DNA of 23,292 nucleotides from a virus (lineage: Duplodnaviria; Heunggongvirae; Uroviricota; Caudoviricetes): IMG/VR virus record IMGVR_UViG_2541047850_000002, one strand, 5' to 3'. The notes below the pieces were generated by a model. That model was given only the letters and a program-made list of their open reading frames with translations, did no database searches and had not been told where the DNA came from. Position numbers and translations under genes: made by a program. Shown here in pieces: positions 19,074 through 23,292 of this stretch (the first letter of the stretch is position 1; every line of letters starts with the position of its first letter).

Positions 19074-19340
19074 TTAGGCGGGTTTCCAACCCGCCTTATT
19101 ATGCTCGTATATAGAGAAGGAAGCACCCAAATTAACCAGCGCGGATTTCTTTTCCTCAATACGGCTGTTAAGTTCAGCAACTGCATGCGGGCGTATGGCC
19201 TCAAGAAAAGCACTATATTGATAGGCAGACTGGATTGTCACACCAAGCCCTGCACCACTTTCCAGTATACCTTTCTGTCGCTGTAGCTCTTTCATCTCGT
19301 TATAGATGTAATGTGCGTTACTTAGGTTTTCTACGTTCAC
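19074..19340 (-). CDS. Hypothetical protein, 88 aa (MNVENLSNAHYIYNEMKELQRQKGILESG...), convergent with the YfbU-like gene
   Basis: GTG start with AGGAAG SD; C-terminal 7 codons (KAGWKPA) are encoded by the terminator hairpin; no family recognised. Confidence 0.45.
   Translation of the reverse strand: MNVENLSNAHYIYNEMKELQRQKGILESGAGLGVTIQSAYQYSAFLEAIRPHAVAELNSRIEEKKSALVNLGASFSIYEHNKAGWKPA
19076..19096. terminator. Bidirectional intrinsic terminator hairpin (AGGCGGGTT-TCCA-ACCCGCCT) between convergent genes
   Basis: Seen in sequence: perfect 8-9 bp GC-rich stem; T-rich on + strand after stem (TTATTAT) and A/T-rich on minus. Confidence 0.5.
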
Positions 19341-19495
19341 GCCCTAAGTTCTTCCTGCAGTTAGCCTGCACTGATTTGTTATGCGCCAATATGTCCCGCT
19401 TCGTCTGTTGCATTATCATAAGTAATAGCGTAGGTTGACACCTTGGCTCTCTTTCGCCACCGGCGAATCTTTAGCGGATTATCCTTGGCCGGTTT

Positions 19496-19963
19496 TTATC
19501 TGAGACATTGCTCACGAATGTATAGCTGTGCCCCTTCCAGTTGCTTCTGCATCGTCATCAACCGTTCTCTGAGGGTGAAATAATCCCGTTCAGCGGTGTC
19601 TGCCAGTCTGGGGCTGGTTGCATTATCCACGCTGGTGGGTCCGGTGGCTTCACGCACGGCTGCGGAGCAACTGGCATTGACCCGCAGGCGCTTACGACCA
19701 GCGGCAACATCAGCGCGCAGAGTTTCATTTTCAGCTTTCGCATTGGCTAATTCTCTCGAGTACTTTGCATCGAGCGCAGCAACATCACGCTGACGCTGTT
19801 GCATGTCAGCGATGGTGGCAGTCGCCTGCTTCAGCTCACTGACTTTTTTATCACGCTGTTCTTTGTAGGCGATGGCGTTATCACGGTAATGATTCAGCCC
19901 CAGACTAAGCGCACCACAGGCCACCAGCAGGGCAATGATGACCACGCACAGTACGCGGTTCAT
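19496..19963 (-). CDS. Rz: Spanin inner-membrane subunit Rz (i-spanin), 155 aa
   Basis: N-terminal TM helix (VLCVVIIALLVACGALSL), coiled-coil body, embedded Rz1 in +1 frame; downstream of endolysin. Confidence 0.88.
   Translation of the reverse strand: MNRVLCVVIIALLVACGALSLGLNHYRDNAIAYKEQRDKKVSELKQATATIADMQQRQRDVAALDAKYSRELANAKAENETLRADVAAGRKRLRVNASCSAAVREATGPTSVDNATSPRLADTAERDYFTLRERLMTMQKQLEGAQLYIREQCLR
19558..19743 (-). CDS. Rz1: Spanin outer-membrane lipoprotein subunit Rz1 (o-spanin), embedded in Rz; likely start at MKLCALML (19728)
   Basis: Lipobox LVVSAC, proline-rich mature region (PQPCVKPPDPPAW), entirely within Rz in a different frame. Confidence 0.75.
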   Translation of the reverse strand: MRKLKMKLCALMLPLVVSACGSMPVAPQPCVKPPDPPAWIMQPAPDWQTPLNGIISPSENG

Positions 19964-19964
19964 T

Positions 19965-20063
19965 TCACCACCAGCGTATCTGACCGATGAAATAACCGGA
20001 GGCCATAATCACAAACACCAGCCAGATAAGAATGAACTTCCAGGTGGATAATTTTTCAGCCAT
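19965..20063 (-). CDS. Tiny ORF (32 aa from ATG, MAEKLSTWKFILIWLVFVIMASGYFIGQIRWW; up to 45 aa from upstream GTG at 20102) with one TM-like helix, stop 1 nt before Rz ATG
   Basis: Hand-translated from minus strand; TGA stop at 19967..19965 then A then Rz ATG (translational coupling geometry); AGGAG lies 3 nt upstream of the GTG at 20102 (tight spacing). Confidence 0.3.
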   Translation of the reverse strand: MAEKLSTWKFILIWLVFVIMASGYFIGQIRWW

Positions 20064-20140
20064 CACTCGAATATCCCGAATCAGTTTGCTAAAATCAAAC
20101 ACACTTTCTCCTTTGACTTTTCCGGAGTCAGGAAACACAA

Positions 20141-20169
20141 AACCCCGCTTGGTGCCAACAAACGGGGTT
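20141..20169. terminator. Bidirectional terminator-like hairpin (AACCCCG...CGGGGTT) in endolysin-Rz gap
   Basis: Seen in sequence: + strand AAAACCCCGCTTGGTGCCAACAAACGGGGTTTTTACTTTTATT; T-rich on both sides. Confidence 0.4.
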
Positions 20170-20261
20170 TTTACTTTTATTCACTTACGTTTCGCCAGTT
20201 CGCAGGATTTCATGTTATCCGCCCGCGTGGCCATGCCTTATTTTTCAGCAAAATATTCTGC

Positions 20262-20795
20262 TTATCTGTCGATACCCCAGCACGCCAGCGCGCTCTCCTG
20301 GTCACGACGGGATACCTGACCGTAACAGTTGTTTGAGCGAATACGGCAGTCTCTGCCACCGTCCTTAATCCACCAGCGAATCGCTTCGCAGGCACCTTTT
20401 CGATCACCTGCATTAATTCGTCTGTAAAACGTCGACGGGAAACACTTACCGGGACCAATGTTGTACGGACAGAATGACGCGATCCCCGCTTTCTGGGGTT
20501 CGGTCAGTGGCACTCTGATGTTTTTCTCCACCCACGCCAGCGCCTTATCCCGTTCGATGGCGTTAACCTGGTCGCATTTTTCCTTCGACAGCTTCATGCC
20601 AGGAATCACAGGCTTACCATCCACCATGATGGCACCTCGGCAGATGGTCCAGATACCTGCACCATCACGGTATGCCGTGGTGTGGTTACCTTCTTTTTCA
20701 TCCAGAAACTGGTCGAGAATATCAGGCGCGGGCGCACCGACGGCAATCAGTGCCAGAACGGCAGCCGACAGGCCGTATCTGATTTTTGCGTTCAT
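20262..20795 (-). CDS. R: SAR (signal-anchor-release) endolysin, phage 21 R-like lysozyme, 177 aa
   Basis: N-terminal weakly hydrophobic SAR domain (YGLSAAVLALIAVGAPA) followed by T4-lysozyme-like catalytic motif (EGNHTTAYRDGAGIWT); paired with pinholin upstream. Confidence 0.9.
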   Translation of the reverse strand: MNAKIRYGLSAAVLALIAVGAPAPDILDQFLDEKEGNHTTAYRDGAGIWTICRGAIMVDGKPVIPGMKLSKEKCDQVNAIERDKALAWVEKNIRVPLTEPQKAGIASFCPYNIGPGKCFPSTFYRRINAGDRKGACEAIRWWIKDGGRDCRIRSNNCYGQVSRRDQESALACWGIDR

Positions 20796-20858
20796 GGATA
20801 TTTATCAGGATTTATCGGTTTCTGCCCACGGACAGGTTTATCTGTTCCGGTCAGTGAC

Positions 20859-21209
20859 TTAAGGTTGTGATTCCGGAGGAGTCTTCAGAGAACCAGTAAT
20901 TCTTCCTGGTAGCTTTCCTTTGTAGGTTATCCACACATTCTGCGCCTCTAAAATTACGGGGCGCTTTTCCGGCGACTGCTCATCCCCTTCACATAACCCG
21001 GCAGCAACATCCAGGAAGACCTGTCTGATGCTCCTTCTGGCTGCTGCCTCATAAAACCCCAGCGCGGCACCTTCAACACGGTCCAGCGAGATGTCCAGGT
21101 CAAAAATTTCACCGTCAAAGCGTTTTTTGTCCCGTAACGCTAAAGTTACCGTAACTTTATTCTCAAAATTGCGGATCCCTTTCACAATCAGTTCATAGTT
21201 CTGAGTCAT
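20859..21209 (-). CDS. DUF1327 (YdfR-like) protein, 116 aa, between holin and endolysin
   Basis: Sequence MTQNYELIVKGIRNFENKVTVTLALRDKKRFDGEIFDLD... resembles E. coli Qin prophage YdfR as I recall; same position (between essQ and rrrQ) as in Qin. Confidence 0.65.
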   Translation of the reverse strand: MTQNYELIVKGIRNFENKVTVTLALRDKKRFDGEIFDLDISLDRVEGAALGFYEAAARRSIRQVFLDVAAGLCEGDEQSPEKRPVILEAQNVWITYKGKLPGRITGSLKTPPESQP

Positions 21210-21213
21210 TGAA

Positions 21214-21429
21214 TTACTCTCCCCGTGCAGCCTTACGACGGTCCTCTCTGATTTTGAAATACAGGTTAGTCAGATATGTCAGGAAGCCCAGAACCAGACT
21301 CCCCAGTACACCAATCGCAGCCCACTGTGACGGACTGACCTGATCAAGCCACTGTAAAAACCAGTAGCCAGCACTGCCTGCGGAGGTGCCGTAGGCAATG
21401 CCCGTTGAAATTTTATCCATGGATTTCAT
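21214..21429 (-). CDS. S: Pinholin S21-like holin (71-aa antiholin form from MKSMDK; 68-aa holin form from internal MDK at 21420)
   Basis: Translation [71 protein letters not shown] matches my recollection of phage 21 S (dual-start motif); GGAGGTGA SD; ORF-track 104-aa version is an upstream in-frame extension. Confidence 0.85.
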   Translation of the reverse strand: MKSMDKISTGIAYGTSAGSAGYWFLQWLDQVSPSQWAAIGVLGSLVLGFLTYLTNLYFKIREDRRKAARGE

Positions 21430-21566
21430 AGCCTCACCTCCGCAGCGAACGGATGGCGTAGTTATAAGGGGAGCGAAAAAGAAAGAATGCGCGATTGCGC
21501 AATATGGTAACGTCAGGGTATTATCCACTGGCTGAATAGATCACTTCACGTTTTTTGTTCCTTGCC

Positions 21567-21594
21567 GCCCGTATCCATATGCGGGCTTTTTTTT
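21567..21594 (+). terminator. Intrinsic terminator oriented for + strand (GCCCG...CGGGC + T8)
   Basis: Seen in sequence: GCCCGTATCCATATGCGGGCTTTTTTTT. Confidence 0.45.
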
Positions 21595-21600
21595 GCATGT

Positions 21601-21630
21601 AAAAAGGCCCCAACACATGTGCGTGGGGCC
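21601..21630 (-). terminator. Intrinsic terminator oriented for minus strand (GGCCCCA...TGGGGCC + T5), back-to-back with the + strand terminator
   Basis: Seen in sequence: minus strand GGCCCCACGCACATGTGTTGGGGCCTTTTT. Confidence 0.45.
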
Positions 21631-21830
21631 TGAGAGTATACATGGTTTCAGTCAACTGCATGGTGCCGGGTGCCTCCCGGTGAATTCAGTACCAGCACCT
21701 GAATCCGCGATTATCCCATATACCTACTCGCTGATTGCCCCTCCGCACAGGGGGATTCACCATGCCAGTTTCTTTTAACAAACTCCCCGCAAAACAGACA
21801 ACTGTCAACCGTCTGAATTGTGAGACATTT

Positions 21831-21856
21831 AAAAAAAAGGCCCGCAAAAGCGAGCC
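21831..21856 (-). terminator. Intrinsic terminator immediately 3' of the tRNA cluster (7-bp stem with one G-U, UUUU loop, T8)
   Basis: Seen in sequence: minus strand GGCTCGCTTTTGCGGGCCTTTTTTTT. Confidence 0.5.
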
Positions 21857-21870
21857 GGGAAAAATAAGTC

Positions 21871-21947
21871 TGGCGCGTTGTACTGGATTCGAACCAGTGA
21901 CCGATTGCTTAGAAGGCAATTGCTCTGTCCGGTTGAGCTAACAACGC
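21871..21947 (-). tRNA. tRNA-Arg (anticodon UCU), CCA encoded, 77 nt
   Basis: Hand-folded cloverleaf: acceptor GCGTTGT/ACAACGC, D-arm GCTC/GAGC, anticodon stem ATTGC/GCAAT with loop CTTCTAA, T-arm ACTGG-TTCGAAT-CCAGT, discriminator G, CCA. Confidence 0.85.
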
Positions 21948-21960
21948 AGGGTACAGATAA

Positions 21961-22037
21961 TGGACCGCCATCGAGGACTCGAACCCCGCGCAACCAGCTT
22001 CGAAGGCTGGTGCTCTATCCTGATGAGCTAATGGCGG
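21961..22037 (-). tRNA. tRNA-Arg (anticodon read as UCG), CCA encoded, 77 nt; atypical C1-G72 acceptor pair
   Basis: Hand-folded: acceptor CCGCCAT/ATGGCGG, D-arm GCTC/GAGC, anticodon stem CCAGC/GCTGG with loop CTTCGAA, T-loop TTCGAGT; anticodon assignment by hand only. Confidence 0.7.
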
Positions 22038-22044
22038 TATGTGA

Positions 22045-22120
22045 TGGTGGCCCTTGCTGGATTTGAACCAGCGACCTGGCGATTATGAGTCGCTCGCTCT
22101 CACCACTGAGCTAAAAGGCC
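22045..22120 (-). tRNA. tRNA-Ile2-like (anticodon CAU, lysidine-type) or tRNA-Met; ileZ/ileX-like, 76 nt
   Basis: Hand-folded; sequence GGCCTTTTAGCTCAGTGGTGAGAGCGAGCGACTCATAATCGC...GGTTCAAATCCAGCAAGGGCCACCA closely resembles E. coli ileX as I recall it. Confidence 0.8.
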
Positions 22121-22146
22121 GGGCCGAAAATAATAATCAGATGAAA

Positions 22147-22860
22147 TCAAAAATCAAGCCCTTGCATAGATACATATCTGTCTGGCGGGAAGCCATAATA
22201 GCGGTGAAATACAGAGATAAAGTAGGATCTACTTGAATAACCGCATTTTGCTGCTACAGCCTGTCCATATCCATGCCGGGAACATAACATATTTACAGCA
22301 ACCCGCATCCGTTCCTCAAGTAACAAATTACTGAACCTGAGACCTTCATCCTTGAGTTTTTTCTTTAACAAGCTCTCACTCATATGCAACTGTAGAGCAA
22401 TCGCACCAAGCGTCCAGCTTGCTGATATATCTGTTTGAATTATCGCTCTGACTTTGGCACTTATACTGGATACACATCCACTTAAAAATAATGACATCCG
22501 TTCATCTGATTCAAACAGCGACAGGCAGGCCATCATAAGAAACATATCCGTGGTCTCTCCGGAAAGTCTCTGACTGGTAATTAAAGCCACAGTCAACGCA
22601 GGATTGTTGGGTTCCAGCAACAAGTAAAGCGGAATGTCAGTCAGAGGACCTCTCGTCAGCTTATGCTGGCTTTCCAGATATTGACTTACTATAGAATGGC
22701 TTATATCGACAATTTTAACTTTGCCATAATGCATAAGGAAAAGCTCCCTGATGCATTTGGTGGCCAGAACGACTGAGCCGGGCTTAAGTGACAATGTATC
22801 CTTTTCAAGAAAAATATTAATTGGGGAACAAACCATGATAACTGAACAGATAGCAGTCAT
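22147..22860 (-). CDS. AraC/XylS-family transcriptional regulator, 237 aa, AT-rich (moron)
   Basis: C-terminal dual HTH signature typical of AraC family (...LLKKKLKDEGLRFSNLLLEERMRVAVNMLCSRHGYGQAVAAKCGYSSRSYFISVFHRYYGFPP); visibly AT-rich relative to phage genes; own promoter-like sequence upstream. Confidence 0.8.
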   Translation of the reverse strand: MTAICSVIMVCSPINIFLEKDTLSLKPGSVVLATKCIRELFLMHYGKVKIVDISHSIVSQYLESQHKLTRGPLTDIPLYLLLEPNNPALTVALITSQRLSGETTDMFLMMACLSLFESDERMSLFLSGCVSSISAKVRAIIQTDISASWTLGAIALQLHMSESLLKKKLKDEGLRFSNLLLEERMRVAVNMLCSRHGYGQAVAAKCGYSSRSYFISVFHRYYGFPPDRYVSMQGLDF

Positions 22861-22895
22861 TATAATTTTACTTTAATTAGCAATCGGTTAGCTTA

Positions 22896-22926
22896 ATTAT
22901 AGCCCCAAAAAGTAAATTCTCATCAA
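22896..22926 (-). promoter_or_regulatory. Putative sigma70 promoter for the AraC-family gene (-35 TTGATG, 19-bp spacer, -10 TATAAT)
   Basis: Seen in sequence on minus strand: TTGATGAGAATTTACTTTTTGGGGCTATAATTAAGC, ~35 nt upstream of the ATG. Spacer slightly long; unverified. Confidence 0.3.
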
Positions 22927-22954
22927 CACATAAGCAAATGACTGACAGGTGCCG

Positions 22955-23194
22955 CTAACACCCACCAGCCGCCCATTTACCACAAATAAAAAAGCCTTCA
23001 GGACTGAAGGCGTCTGTAACAACCGAACTGATAGTCTGCCAGACCCGCATAACCAGCTGGGTCAGTATTAACTGGCAGCGCTCGCGTGAAAGGTACGTAT
23101 TCTGCGCAATCTCCCCGACCGTCGCCGGTTCGGTGACGCTTAATTCATCAAACACAACTCTGGCGGTTTCTGTCATATCCTGCTGTTTTAGCAT
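22955..23194 (-). CDS. Small ORF (79 aa from ATG 23194, MLKQQDMTETARVVFDELSVTEPATVGEIAQNTYLSRERCQLILTQLV...) with HTH-like motif; alternatively a non-coding leader/terminator region
   Basis: HTH-like segment ATVGEIAQNTYLSRERCQLIL; but a strong terminator-like hairpin lies inside the 3' end of the ORF ~40 nt before the stop, which argues against full-length translation. Confidence 0.35.
   Translation of the reverse strand: MLKQQDMTETARVVFDELSVTEPATVGEIAQNTYLSRERCQLILTQLVMRVWQTISSVVTDAFSPEGFFICGKWAAGGC
22986..23011 (-). terminator. Intrinsic terminator-like hairpin (GCCTTCAG...CTGAAGGC + T6)
   Basis: Seen in sequence: minus strand GACGCCTTCAGTCCTGAAGGCTTTTTTATTTG; could be tR'-like terminator of a short leader transcript. 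Confidence 0.4.
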
Positions 23195-23233
23195 GTCTTT
23201 TTCCCTTTTCCGGTTAACGTGACACACCAATAA

Positions 23234-23292
23234 CTATTGTCGAAAAAGCCAGCAAGCTGAAAGACAGGTATTCACCGCCACCAGCGCGTTTA
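23234..23292 (-). CDS. 3' end (last 18 codons, ...NALVAVNTCLSACWLFRQ*) of an upstream gene running off the window; identity unknown (position is where a Q-type antiterminator would be expected)
   Basis: Open frame from window edge to TAG at 23236..23234 on minus strand; positional inference only. Confidence 0.2.
   Translation of the reverse strand, partial: NALVAVNTCLSACWLFRQ

Noticed and set aside
20032-20319. + strand ORF of 95 aa spanning the R-Rz gap
   Set aside because: Runs antisense across the endolysin 3' end and through the bidirectional hairpin; no SD; the minus-strand small TM ORF and terminator explain the region better.
21214-21528. ORF-track 104-aa version of the holin starting at 21528
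   Set aside because: The extra 33 N-terminal codons precede a strong SD (GGAGGTGA) and the canonical MKSMDK dual-start motif; true holin is the 71/68-aa product.
21430-21870. Searched for Shiga toxin (stxA/stxB) or other toxin cargo between the tRNA trio and the holin
   Set aside because: Interval is only ~440 bp with no ORF of sufficient length on either strand; only terminator hairpins present.
21686-21919. minus-strand ORF of 77 aa overlapping tRNA-Arg(UCU)
   Set aside because: Reads through a clear tRNA gene and its terminator; artefact of ORF calling.
1-23292. CRISPR arrays, IS elements/transposases, integrase or att sites
   Set aside because: No direct-repeat/spacer periodicity, no transposase-like ORF or terminal inverted repeats, and no integrase-like ORF were seen; the window appears to lie wholly inside the prophage late region.

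Overview
The window is almost entirely the late (virion structure plus lysis) region of a lambdoid enterobacterial prophage, transcribed right-to-left on the minus strand. All calls come from reading the sequence and the supplied ORF translations; no database search or computation was run, so family names are recognition from memory. Reading in the direction of transcription (high to low coordinates): the 3' end of an upstream gene (possibly Q-like), a small HTH-like ORF, an AT-rich AraC/XylS-family regulator with its own promoter-like sequence, three tRNAs (Ile-CAU, Arg-UCG, Arg-UCU; the ileZ-argN-argO arrangement of Stx phages, but no toxin genes follow), a phage-21-type lysis cassette (S21-like pinholin, DUF1327-like ORF, SAR endolysin, Rz/Rz1), an AT-rich moron island, an HK97-like packaging and head module (HNH endonuclease, TerS, TerL, portal, prohead protease, major capsid), head-tail joining genes, and a lambda-like tail module (V-like tube with Ig-like C-terminus, G/GT with a -1 frameshift site, tape measure, M, L, K, I, J), ending at the start of a Lom-like gene. 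The most interesting unexplained parts are the accessory insertions: (i) the moron island at 18.4-19.5 kb, a convergent pair of an opposite-strand YfbU-like 179-aa gene and an 88-aa ORF sharing a bidirectional terminator; (ii) the AraC regulator plus small HTH ORF upstream of the tRNAs; (iii) a ~300-bp insertion between the endolysin and Rz carrying a terminator and a tiny membrane ORF. I could not assign a function to any of these, so the candidate novel system is a location and a hypothesis, not an identification. No CRISPR array, IS element, integrase or att site was seen.
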